IMG/VR virus record: IMGVR_UViG_3300031836_000038
Span: 1 to 36,290 of that record
Strand: one strand, 5' to 3'
Length of the DNA stretch: 36,290 nucleotides
Source: a virus
Lineage: Duplodnaviria > Caudoviricetes
Positions 7,673-15,844 of this stretch are shown piece after piece. The notes under the pieces are model-generated. The model was not told where the DNA came from and did no database searches. It saw nothing but the letters and a program-made list of their open reading frames with translations. Position 1 is the first letter of the stretch; each line of letters begins with the position of its first letter. Position numbers and translations under genes: made by a program.

Positions 7673-8787
7673 TTAATCCAAACAAGCAGGAAGCGGCAGA
7701 TCTGGCGCATATCGCCGAGCATGTAGAAGCGTGGCCAAAGGGTGCCGATTTTATTTACCTGGGGCCGGGTGATGTTATTCACATCATTGAGGGCGGAGAT
7801 TCAGCCGTCTGCAAGTACATAAATCGAGAACAATGGGCGGCGGCCAGGACGTTGCTGGGGTATTGGTTCCCCGGAAAGGACGTGTGGCCGGACACTTCTT
7901 GCGCGGTTTGTGGGGAGGAACATTGCCAATACGATGCTTTCCCCGGCATTTGCGCCGAATACGAGAGCGGCACCGTTACCCTGGAGTTGGCGAGAGCGAT
8001 TTATAGCGTGGGCGTCGATGGGTCGCCAGTAGGCTTGCAGCCGGAAGATGAAAAGAGGCGAGCGGATTTCCTTAATTTTGCTGGGGGACTCGGCGCGCCG
8101 GGCATAGGCAACAGGCCAGTGTATTGCCAGAAGTGCTACACGTCACACAGCGAGCTACTGTCGTGCGATCCGCCGCCAGTAGGTCTGGTCTCAAAAATCC
8201 CAGACTGCACCATGACGCCTGAAGAAGAAAAGGCTGATGGCATGAACAAGGATCTGAAATGGCTGGCAGAAAACGTAACGCAGCGGCAAGGGGATGATAA
8301 ACACAAGTTCCTTTCCATCTCCGAAGTTGCTGGCGCGGTCTACTACGGCCCGCCGAAAGAAAAGAGCGAGTTTACGCGCGAAGAGTGGCTAGCGGCCCGC
8401 AATGAGCTTGGACTGGACAGCCCATTCACAACCCCAGAAGAAGATGAAGCCTGGGCAGATGCTGAGCTCCGCATAGATGCTATTGCGCGGGACGGTGAGA
8501 GGGCGGCAGATTATTCCACAGAGAGCATGCGCCGCACAGGCTCTATCGGGCAGAACGGAAACACGGCAGAGCACTATGGCAAGCAGCCCCGCTACCAGGA
8601 CACCCAAGGCGAAGATTGGATAGACGAGGCGGCCCGCACGTTCACGGCTGAAGAGTTTCGGGGTGCAATGCGCTTCACTATCGGCAAGTACAACCGGCGC
8701 ATGGGCAAGAAGGACGAGATGATTAAGGAAATCGATAAGATCCGCGATTATGCGTCGAGATGGCTGGAAGTGGAGAAAGGCCGATGA
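7669..8787 (+). CDS. multidomain protein with C-terminal DUF3310-like domain
   Basis: The C-terminal P.Y....DWID......EEFRG......KY..R.GKK....EI.K...Y...L fits DUF3310. The N-terminal part has a duplicated DL..AE.V...R.E.W.AAR..LG unit and CxxC motifs. Confidence 0.7.
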   Translation: MINPNKQEAADLAHIAEHVEAWPKGADFIYLGPGDVIHIIEGGDSAVCKYINREQWAAARTLLGYWFPGKDVWPDTSCAVCGEEHCQYDAFPGICAEYESGTVTLELARAIYSVGVDGSPVGLQPEDEKRRADFLNFAGGLGAPGIGNRPVYCQKCYTSHSELLSCDPPPVGLVSKIPDCTMTPEEEKADGMNKDLKWLAENVTQRQGDDKHKFLSISEVAGAVYYGPPKEKSEFTREEWLAARNELGLDSPFTTPEEDEAWADAELRIDAIARDGERAADYSTESMRRTGSIGQNGNTAEHYGKQPRYQDTQGEDWIDEAARTFTAEEFRGAMRFTIGKYNRRMGKKDEMIKEIDKIRDYASRWLEVEKGR

Positions 8788-9107
8788 AATTTAGAAAGAA
8801 GCCAGTAGTTATTGAGGCGACCCAGTGGTTTAAGAACGGCGATCACCCAGAAGATGCCGCGGTAGTAGTTGACAACCGAGATGCCGGGCAGCACCCATTT
8901 CAAACTGAAGGGAAGGTAGTTCGCCGATATTCCGGACTGGACGACTGCCGCCATTGCGGTCAGGTGATGAACGTCCACGGATGGATCGACACACTTGAGG
9001 GTGGGCATATCGTCTGCCCTGGCGACTGGATAATCACAGGCGTAAAAGGTGAGCGCTATCCGTGCAAAGCGGATATTTTCGAGGCCACATACGAGCCTGT
9101 GGGGTGA
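8784..9107 (+). CDS. widespread small phage protein (KKPVVIEA...TLEG...GDWII.G..GE.YPCK family)
   Basis: Start MKFRKKPVVIEA at the ATGA overlap 8784. The family motifs are intact, plus a CxxC-H insertion. Confidence 0.8.
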   Translation: MKFRKKPVVIEATQWFKNGDHPEDAAVVVDNRDAGQHPFQTEGKVVRRYSGLDDCRHCGQVMNVHGWIDTLEGGHIVCPGDWIITGVKGERYPCKADIFEATYEPVG

Positions 9108-9367
9108 TCCAGCTCACCGCCATAGTCTCCGGTCAGCCTGTCCCGATGCTCACCGGCAACCCGCTGGCCGAGGCTGCAAAGAGCTGCAAAGACAGGTTTG
9201 GTGCACGCTTTGAGGGTTTCGATATGCCGGACTGGCAGCGGGCGGCGCATGAAAAATGGGCAGCGTTTATGGCGAAAGAGATTGATCGAGGGGAGTTGAA
9301 CGACTGGTTAAGCGGGCAGGGCGAGGAAGTGGCGATACGTGGGATTTTTAACCGGCTGAGGGGCTGA
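9104..9367 (+). CDS. hypothetical protein
   Basis: GTGA overlap start at 9104, 87 aa, within track ORF 9062..9367. Confidence 0.6.
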   Translation: MIQLTAIVSGQPVPMLTGNPLAEAAKSCKDRFGARFEGFDMPDWQRAAHEKWAAFMAKEIDRGELNDWLSGQGEEVAIRGIFNRLRG

Positions 9368-9370
9368 TTT

Positions 9371-10126
9371 ATGACAGACGCAAACGACGAACTACAGCAG
9401 CGTAGACGCTCGGCTCGTGTTGCTTGGCACGACTCATTCTATATTCCAAAGGATGATGCGCTCTCTAGGATTAGGGGTGAGCAGAAGGTTAAGCCGAAAG
9501 CACCAAAAGAAGCCGGTCAAGTTTACTCAAGGGGTTGGTATCAGAATATCTATGAGGCTGACGAGCAGAACAAAGGCAAGAGATGGATTGTTTCTCAGAA
9601 GCCGCTAATAAACGCTACGGATTCTGGGCGCTCGCCTCGGGACTTTTTCGAAGGTTGGGACCCTATCTGGAGATCAAAGGTTCAGGGGGCCATTAAGAAG
9701 CTTCCGAAGGTGCTTAAGTCGTTTGGCGCAATCATGTACTCACCTACTACCGAGTTCGGCACAGATGATTGTGAAATGGTGCATGAGGCGCTTCAGCTTG
9801 AGTTCTTCAGGGATTTCGACAAAGAAGAACTTTCGAAGATGCAGGCCAAGCGCATAATACGGTTGAAACTTCTTATGTTTGCAGCCATGAGACACCACAG
9901 GGATGTGGCTTTCGGTGGTGGCACAACGCTTGGCGGGCCAAAGGCTATCGGCCAGTTCCTTTATCACATGTATGCAGAGCGTCTGCCTGACACGGATCAA
10001 TGGAGCAAGCGCTGGCAGCCCGACTGGGAGAAGATGCTCGGCATACTGGACAAGATGGAAAGAAAGACTCTTTCGCCGATTGCTCACACTTTGAATGAAA
10101 TGTACGGCGAAAGCCAAGCCGCGTAA
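9371..10126 (+). CDS. putative late antiterminator (Q-position protein)
   Basis: Last gene of the early operon, directly before a sigma70 promoter, tandem terminators and the lysis genes. The call rests mainly on position. Confidence 0.6.
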   Translation: MTDANDELQQRRRSARVAWHDSFYIPKDDALSRIRGEQKVKPKAPKEAGQVYSRGWYQNIYEADEQNKGKRWIVSQKPLINATDSGRSPRDFFEGWDPIWRSKVQGAIKKLPKVLKSFGAIMYSPTTEFGTDDCEMVHEALQLEFFRDFDKEELSKMQAKRIIRLKLLMFAAMRHHRDVAFGGGTTLGGPKAIGQFLYHMYAERLPDTDQWSKRWQPDWEKMLGILDKMERKTLSPIAHTLNEMYGESQAA

Positions 10127-10132
10127 TGGTTA

Positions 10133-10161
10133 TTGCGTTTGTCGGTCGATATTGGTATAAA
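10133..10161 (+). promoter_or_regulatory. late promoter, pR'-like
   Basis: TTGCGT (10133-10138), 17 bp spacer, TATAAA (10156-10161) with extended -10 TG at 10153-10154. The -10-like hexamers CATAGT and GATAAT just downstream could act as a sigma pause element. Confidence 0.8.
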
Positions 10162-10186
10162 TGTCCATAGTCGATAATTACCCCCG

Positions 10187-10220
10187 AAACCCGCACCCAT
10201 AACAGGATTGCGGGTTTTTT
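10187..10220 (+). terminator. intrinsic terminator, tR'-like
   Basis: AAACCCGCA...TGCGGGTTT stem running into a T tract. Confidence 0.85.
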
Positions 10221-10261
10221 ATGCCCCGAACATCTCCACGCGGTCTGCTACGCCGCACCTC

Positions 10262-10283
10262 GGCCCCTTGCGGGCCTTTTTTT
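10262..10283 (+). terminator. second intrinsic terminator before the lysis genes
   Basis: GGCCC-CTTGC-GGGCC followed by T7. Confidence 0.75.
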
Positions 10284-10298
10284 ATTCTGGAGGCGACC

Positions 10299-10736
10299 AT
10301 GCCCGTCATCATTCTTGAGCGCTTTGCATACGCGCCCGATGGCACGTTTGGCCGCCTCACCCTGCCCAGCGGTAAGCAATTCTTCACGGTTGAGCGTGCC
10401 TGGCTTGGCAATAAGCCCTTTGAGAGCTGCATCCCAGATGGTGTTTACGATCTGAAGCGCAGGCGCTCCGCCGTAGTCGAGCGCACCAGTGGCGGCGACT
10501 ATCTCGAAGGATGGGAAGTCACCGACGTACCTGGCCGCACATTCATCATGATTCACCCCGGAAACTGGCCCGCGAACTTTGAGGGATGCATTGGCGTGGG
10601 TCTGAATTATCAAGTGATGGATGGCCGCAACGGCGTTACTCAATCCCGTTCAGCCTTTGCTCAACTGATGGGCGCACTGGATGGCCGGCACGATTGGCAG
10701 CTTGATATTCGACCTTTTCTGATGGAGTACCCATGA
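10299..10736 (+). CDS. DUF5675-family putative endolysin (L,D-transpeptidase-like fold)
   Basis: Start MPVIILER after GGAGG. GTFG.L, TVE..W..N....SCIP.G.Y, DVPGRT.I.IHPGN......GCI.VG (His/Cys pair). First late gene, next to holins. Confidence 0.8.
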   Translation: MPVIILERFAYAPDGTFGRLTLPSGKQFFTVERAWLGNKPFESCIPDGVYDLKRRRSAVVERTSGGDYLEGWEVTDVPGRTFIMIHPGNWPANFEGCIGVGLNYQVMDGRNGVTQSRSAFAQLMGALDGRHDWQLDIRPFLMEYP

Positions 10737-11191
10737 GCTTCTTCGGCAAACTCTTCGGCACTGAAAAGGCGCTGGCTGGCATCGTTGACGGTGTGACCAA
10801 TGGCCTCGACGCTCTGATATACACCGACGAAGAAAAAGCCGGTGATGCTGCGCGTGATCGGTCTGAAGCGCGAAACATGGTTGTCCAGTGGATGGCCGCA
10901 ACGCAGGGTCAAAACCTGGCTCGCCGGCTGATCTCGCTGGCGATAACCGGCGTCTGGCTGGGCATGTACTTGTTATCAGTGCTGTGCGGGATGATTGCCG
11001 TGTTTGCTGACAGCGCAGGAACCGTCACCGCCGCCAAAATCAACGCCGTGGGCTCGATCTCACAATCTGCGGCCATGGATATGAACCCCGCCGTGATGTT
11101 GATTCTCGCTTTCTACTACGCCGCTCCACACATGGGCGACATAGCCAAGGCCGTCACCGGGAAATTCACTCAAAGCGTCAATAAAGGCTAG
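10733..11191 (+). CDS. holin-like membrane protein (3TM/GTA-holin-like)
   Basis: MSFFGKLFG...D.L.YTDEEKA, then hydrophobic helices (RLISLAITGVWLGMYLL; AVMLILAFYY). In the lysis cassette. Confidence 0.7.
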   Translation: MSFFGKLFGTEKALAGIVDGVTNGLDALIYTDEEKAGDAARDRSEARNMVVQWMAATQGQNLARRLISLAITGVWLGMYLLSVLCGMIAVFADSAGTVTAAKINAVGSISQSAAMDMNPAVMLILAFYYAAPHMGDIAKAVTGKFTQSVNKG

Positions 11192-11193
11192 AT

Positions 11194-11466
11194 GTGAGCA
11201 TACGCGACCTCATTCACAGCGCATCCACTGCGCCTCTAAAGATCGAAGCAGCCGCACCCTCACTGTCGTACATCGCTAACGGCTTTGTAATTACGTGGGG
11301 CGCTGTGACGTTCAATCAGATCATGATGCTGATCGGTACGTTGTTTGCCGTCGCCACTTATTTCACAAGCCTGTACTTTCAGCGCCGCCGCGACCGTCGC
11401 GAGCAAGAGTTTCACCAATACCGCTTGAGCGTTGAGCGCCGTATGGCCGAATCGGAGAACAGTTAA
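11194..11466 (+). CDS. small holin-like protein (HP1/class II-like)
   Basis: SY.A.G....G...NQI..LIG..FAVATY...LYFQRRRDRRE: hydrophobic segments with a charged tail. Confidence 0.7.
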   Translation: MSIRDLIHSASTAPLKIEAAAPSLSYIANGFVITWGAVTFNQIMMLIGTLFAVATYFTSLYFQRRRDRREQEFHQYRLSVERRMAESENS

Positions 11467-12623
11467 TGCCCGCAAACACCATCTTCAGCACACTGACAAC
11501 GCCGCCAATTCGACTGGCTAATGGCCGGCTGGACACGCGGCCCGATTATCGGGGTGGGGTTGCTCCTGGTGTTGGCGAAACTCCGGTTGACCCTGTTGGC
11601 GTGCTCTTTAGTGATAGTTTTGATGGGCAGGCGGACTGGAACAGCGGCGTGAACGGGGGGCTGTCAGAACAAGTTGCATCTGCTGGGTACACACTGCCGA
11701 CCGATTGGACTGCCGTAAGGCAGACTAAGCGGTGGTCCCCGAGCACGGGGGAAGTGGACCGGCATCACGTACTTGAGTTAAACGATGCGTCCACCACGGA
11801 GAACCCAAATCGAGCCTTTGGCGGAACTGGTAAATCCCTTGTCAAATGGCGGGAAAACTACGGTTCTGGCAATGGCGAATGGCATTCTGACGGGATTCTT
11901 CTCAAACACATCGGAGAGCGATCAGAGGTTTATGTAGAATTAATGTTGAACCTTTCTAACGAGTGTGTCTCCTCTTTTTATGCTGGGGATTTTGGCACGA
12001 CAAAAGTGCTTAGAATCCTGAGTCACGATGACCCGCTGAATGCCTCCTATAGCAATTACTGGACCTTTTTCAATACATATAACAAGCCCATTTGTATATT
12101 TGACATAGGCGGGAGTCCAACATATGGGATTCGCAACAAAATATCGTTTTATCGCTATGGCGATGGAACGCCGCTGCCCAACATCAGCGACACCATGGCT
12201 GGGTTCCCTTCAACCCGAAGATTTGCTAGCAACGGGGATTATGAGGGCAGCTTTAGTGAGGCCGGCAGGGATGGGCCGATGACAGATTACAAAAGCGGGG
12301 GGCTAATCACTAACAGTTACATCGACATAGACCAAGTGTACGGCGATGAGACCCAGTGGGTAAAAGTGGCGCTTTACGTCAAGATGAGTTCAGCTCCAGG
12401 CGTAAACGACGGCGAGTTTATGCAGTTCATTGACGACCGCCGGATATTGCATTTTAGAAATATTGGCTGGATTCCATCCCATGCGCCCATGAGGCAATGG
12501 AACATTATCTCTCTGGGCGGGAATGATTCTTTTGTCGGCAGGGATCTAGCGCTTCGTCACGAGGAATGGCTGGCTTTTGACAATGTAGTCGTTCGTGACT
12601 CCCTTCCGCAGAGGCTAATATAA
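11466..12623 (+). CDS. polysaccharide-lyase/concanavalin-like jelly-roll protein
   Basis: LFSDSFDGQADW start, SEVYVE, K.LRI, and W.KV..YVKM.SAPG.NDG....IDD...I.LGGN....FDNVVV are typical of this fold. No signal peptide. Confidence 0.6.
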   Translation: MPANTIFSTLTTPPIRLANGRLDTRPDYRGGVAPGVGETPVDPVGVLFSDSFDGQADWNSGVNGGLSEQVASAGYTLPTDWTAVRQTKRWSPSTGEVDRHHVLELNDASTTENPNRAFGGTGKSLVKWRENYGSGNGEWHSDGILLKHIGERSEVYVELMLNLSNECVSSFYAGDFGTTKVLRILSHDDPLNASYSNYWTFFNTYNKPICIFDIGGSPTYGIRNKISFYRYGDGTPLPNISDTMAGFPSTRRFASNGDYEGSFSEAGRDGPMTDYKSGGLITNSYIDIDQVYGDETQWVKVALYVKMSSAPGVNDGEFMQFIDDRRILHFRNIGWIPSHAPMRQWNIISLGGNDSFVGRDLALRHEEWLAFDNVVVRDSLPQRLI

Positions 12624-13447
12624 TGGCAATTGGCTATGTAAATTTTAAAGTAACGAAGAATCCCGATGATTTTACAAATATCAGCCCAACTACTACGTCG
12701 CAAGAGGCTATCCCTGATACATCGTGGACGGCAGGATATAGGACAGGTAATTTACCAAGCGCAGGCGAAAGTAATACGTCGGGGGGTTGGGTGCAAAGCA
12801 GCGGTGATGCTGCTTGGGCTATAGGAGACGTGTCGAGGGAGGGCCATTATGTAAGCTCTGGCGTTTCTCCTGCCCTTTTAGATATAAAGGGCTTCACGCC
12901 CGGTGAGTCTATAAGAGTGACGTGTTATTCCCGTTATGATACATCGCAAGGGCGAATTTCGCGCTGGATCGTGAACGGGAGTGCGCCGCAGGATCTGGCG
13001 TGTTACGACACCGCAGCGGGCACCCCAAACCTGAGCAGCGTCGTGGTTTTTGATGCGGTTGCGGACGGTTCGGGCGTTATTACGGTATCTCATAGTAACG
13101 CCCCGACTGGCTCATTAACGGGCCGCTCAACGGGTTTAAAAATTGAGCAAATTGCCGGAGCCCCTTCTCCAGCAATCACTCTCACCCAAACCGAAATCAC
13201 CCCAGGCGGCACCATCTCAGGCTCTTACGCCAATTGGGGCGGCACAGCACCCACCAAGCTTGAGGGCATCCGGGGCGCGAACGTCATAGACAGCGCGACG
13301 GCAGGCGGGATCACCGGGCTTGTTATCACAGGCGACGGCACCAGCGGGACTTTCACCGCCACGACTCCCGCCTATACGGCAGGTCAAAACTTACGTACCT
13401 CAAACATCGCTGCTGGAATCTCTGACGTTACCTGGAGGCTTAGCTAA
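12623..13447 (+). CDS. beta-rich, Gly/Ser/Thr-rich putative virion appendage protein
   Basis: 274 aa. YVNF start and V.FD.VADGSG.ITVS suggest a carbohydrate-binding jelly roll plus an Ig-like tail. TAATG coupled. Confidence 0.5.
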   Translation: MAIGYVNFKVTKNPDDFTNISPTTTSQEAIPDTSWTAGYRTGNLPSAGESNTSGGWVQSSGDAAWAIGDVSREGHYVSSGVSPALLDIKGFTPGESIRVTCYSRYDTSQGRISRWIVNGSAPQDLACYDTAAGTPNLSSVVVFDAVADGSGVITVSHSNAPTGSLTGRSTGLKIEQIAGAPSPAITLTQTEITPGGTISGSYANWGGTAPTKLEGIRGANVIDSATAGGITGLVITGDGTSGTFTATTPAYTAGQNLRTSNIAAGISDVTWRLS

Positions 13448-15105
13448 TGGCCGCCGAACAAGTACTGCCCTATGTCCCGGCTGCGGGTCGTAACGCTGTT
13501 ACGCTCACAAGCTGGGCGGGTGATGCGGTGTTCGGCGTCACTCCGGTTGCGGGCGGTCAAATTGAAGGGCCAGCCACTTGGACACTGAATCCTGATGGTA
13601 CTGTAAGCGGGCCTGACGGTACTGAAACGCTGCACTATATCGCGCCCGATGGGATGACCTACGCCGATAGCTACACGATCACCAATCCAGATGTTACCAA
13701 TCCCGTCATTGATACGCTGGCAGCTACTGGCACCGATCCCGACACGATTGATGTCTCATTCAACACCAACGAGAATAACGGCACTCGATACGTTTTTGCC
13801 TCGGCCAATCCTACCGAAATTGAGGCAGATATAATAACCGGTGCACAGGCCACAACTACGGTCACTGCTAGCAACGCACAAACTGACACGCTGACCCTTG
13901 CGGTAGGTAATTACTACGTTCACGTTTTACATGAGGACGCTGCGGGCAATCCGTCAAATATACTGGTTAGCGGGCTGATAACGCTTGCGGCTGCGGCAAC
14001 CTCGGCTGAGGTTGTACTTCCGTATGTGGCGGGGGCTGACGATATCGTTGCAACGCTTGAGCCTGATTTTCTAACCTACGCGTTTGAGCAATGGCCCGCA
14101 GATGAACCGGCTGCTTTATGGCAGCTAGTCACTCTTACCGCTGACGGCGCCTATTTCGACAGCCAAGGCAACTGGTACGATACAGGCCCAGGCGTTTATA
14201 ACATTCGGGTGATTGATCTTACCGGGATGGTTTACGAGCAGACAGTAGACACCCAGAACCTACAAACCACTACCCCGACCGAAGTCCCGCAAGGCACATG
14301 GACAATCGGCACGATCACCAAAGATCAGAACTCTGCGAGCTTTACGCCAACGTACAGCCTCACGGACGCCACAAGCTACGAATACTCGCTCAATGGCGGC
14401 GCTTATACCGCGTTCACTGGCACGATTTCACTGTCTGGCCTGAGTGCCGAGACTGCTTACAGCGGCAACGTGAAAGCCGTGAATGGTGCGGGTGATGGGG
14501 CTGCTCAGGCATTTTCGTTTACCACTGAGGCTGTGCCTGTGGGAGATCCTATAATTGAGCTACTCGGCGGCACCAGTGTTACCGCTGAAGCCGGAGAGGC
14601 GTGGCCAGATCCAGGCTACAACGCAACGGACGCAACAGGCGGCACACTGACTGCGGTTATTACTGGGTCAGCCAACACGTCAACTCTTGGCGAAGACGTG
14701 ATTCAGTACACGGTCACGGACTCTGAAGGCAGAACAACAACCGCAACCCGCACCGTCACCACCATCGACACAAAAGCACCCGTCCTCACGCTTGAAGGCG
14801 GTAACGTAACACTGGCAGTTGGCGAGGCTTATGTAGAGCCAGGATACGACGCGCTCGACAGCTTTGAAGGCGACCTAACCGGCGCCGTTTCGGTGGGGGG
14901 AAGCGTAAACACATCGACAGACTCCACCAACCTATTGGTTTACTCCGTCGCAGACAGTAGTGGCAACATCGCAACTCGTATTCGGCGCGTTGTTGTGGGG
15001 ACAGGGGGCGCTTTAACCAATCGCCGCGCTATCACTCAATCCATTGCAAGAAGCATATCCACATCCCAGGCACTACTGGCCGAACTTATCAGCGAGAGCG
15101 TTTAA
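13447..15105 (+). CDS. acidic multi-Ig-domain protein (FN3-like plus two DUF5011-like domains)
   Basis: P.I.L.GG......G..W.DPGY.A.D and DT.APV.TL.G......G..Y.EPGY.A.D...GDLT..V...GSV.T......Y.V.DSSGN.A...R.V.V are DUF5011-type repeats. SYEYSLNGG...LSGL.AET.Y...VKAVNG.G.G is FN3-like. Confidence 0.75.
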   Translation: MAAEQVLPYVPAAGRNAVTLTSWAGDAVFGVTPVAGGQIEGPATWTLNPDGTVSGPDGTETLHYIAPDGMTYADSYTITNPDVTNPVIDTLAATGTDPDTIDVSFNTNENNGTRYVFASANPTEIEADIITGAQATTTVTASNAQTDTLTLAVGNYYVHVLHEDAAGNPSNILVSGLITLAAAATSAEVVLPYVAGADDIVATLEPDFLTYAFEQWPADEPAALWQLVTLTADGAYFDSQGNWYDTGPGVYNIRVIDLTGMVYEQTVDTQNLQTTTPTEVPQGTWTIGTITKDQNSASFTPTYSLTDATSYEYSLNGGAYTAFTGTISLSGLSAETAYSGNVKAVNGAGDGAAQAFSFTTEAVPVGDPIIELLGGTSVTAEAGEAWPDPGYNATDATGGTLTAVITGSANTSTLGEDVIQYTVTDSEGRTTTATRTVTTIDTKAPVLTLEGGNVTLAVGEAYVEPGYDALDSFEGDLTGAVSVGGSVNTSTDSTNLLVYSVADSSGNIATRIRRVVVGTGGALTNRRAITQSIARSISTSQALLAELISESV

Positions 15106-15106
15106 C

Positions 15107-15412
15107 ATGACCGACATCCGATTGCTTACCAACGAAAGCGCCGACACCGTGACTGCACTGCCTGTTCAGGTGGGTGAGCGCGGAGGCGTAAATGTTTACG
15201 CATCGTTCACTTCCTTGGGAGGCGGCACTCTGAACATCTACGAATGCCCACGGCAGGATCTAAAACCCAACGTGCCGGTGTACAGCTCCGCATCCGGTGA
15301 GCCGCAGCACCTGAACGTGGCCATTGATTCGTGGCTGCTGGGCGAGCTTGTAGGCTCAACCGCGGCATCCGATGTCACGCTGGGCGTCGTAACGCTCGGC
15401 GAGGATGAGTGA
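15107..15412 (+). CDS. small beta-sandwich protein, possible head-spike base
   Basis: Start MTDIRLL at 15107; 101 aa with an all-beta pattern (VNVYA...GGGTLNI). Function inferred. Confidence 0.5.
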   Translation: MTDIRLLTNESADTVTALPVQVGERGGVNVYASFTSLGGGTLNIYECPRQDLKPNVPVYSSASGEPQHLNVAIDSWLLGELVGSTAASDVTLGVVTLGEDE

Positions 15413-15421
15413 GTAGAAGGC

Positions 15422-15844
15422 ATGAGTGAGCTAAGCCCGAAGCAGGCGCTTTTTGTGGACGAGTATCTGAATGACTTGAACGCAACGCAGGCGGCTATGC
15501 GGGCTGGATACAGTGAGAAAACAGCGGAAAGCCAGGGTTGCCGGCTGTTAAGAAATGTCAAGGTTCAAAGTGCCATTCAAAAAGCGCAAAAGGCAGCCCA
15601 GATTCGCAATCACCGCACCATGGACGACGTGATAGCCGACCTAAGAGCCATTGCAAAGGATGCCATGCAGACCATACCCGACAAAGACGGCAACCTATTG
15701 ATGGCCAACCATGGCGCAGCACTGAAAGCGGTAGAGCTGGAAGGTAAGCATCTGGGCGGGTTTGTGCAAAAGTCTGACATAACCGTAGAAACGAAAGGCC
15801 CGCTGTCAGTCCTGTTGAAACAGGCCAGAAATGACTCGCAGTGA
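15422..15844 (+). CDS. terS: terminase small subunit
   Basis: LSPKQ.LFVDEYL.DLNATQAA.RAGYS.KTA...G.RLL...KA.EL.GKHLG.F, the Terminase_2 signature. Confidence 0.97.
   Translation: MSELSPKQALFVDEYLNDLNATQAAMRAGYSEKTAESQGCRLLRNVKVQSAIQKAQKAAQIRNHRTMDDVIADLRAIAKDAMQTIPDKDGNLLMANHGAALKAVELEGKHLGGFVQKSDITVETKGPLSVLLKQARNDSQ

Noticed and set aside
10221-10298. N-terminal extension of the endolysin
   Set aside because: It spans a terminator. The GGAGG RBS supports ATG 10299.
10126-10298. tRNA genes in the usual lambdoid post-Q position
   Set aside because: No cloverleaf or T-loop GTTCGA signature. The space is accounted for by the promoter and terminators.
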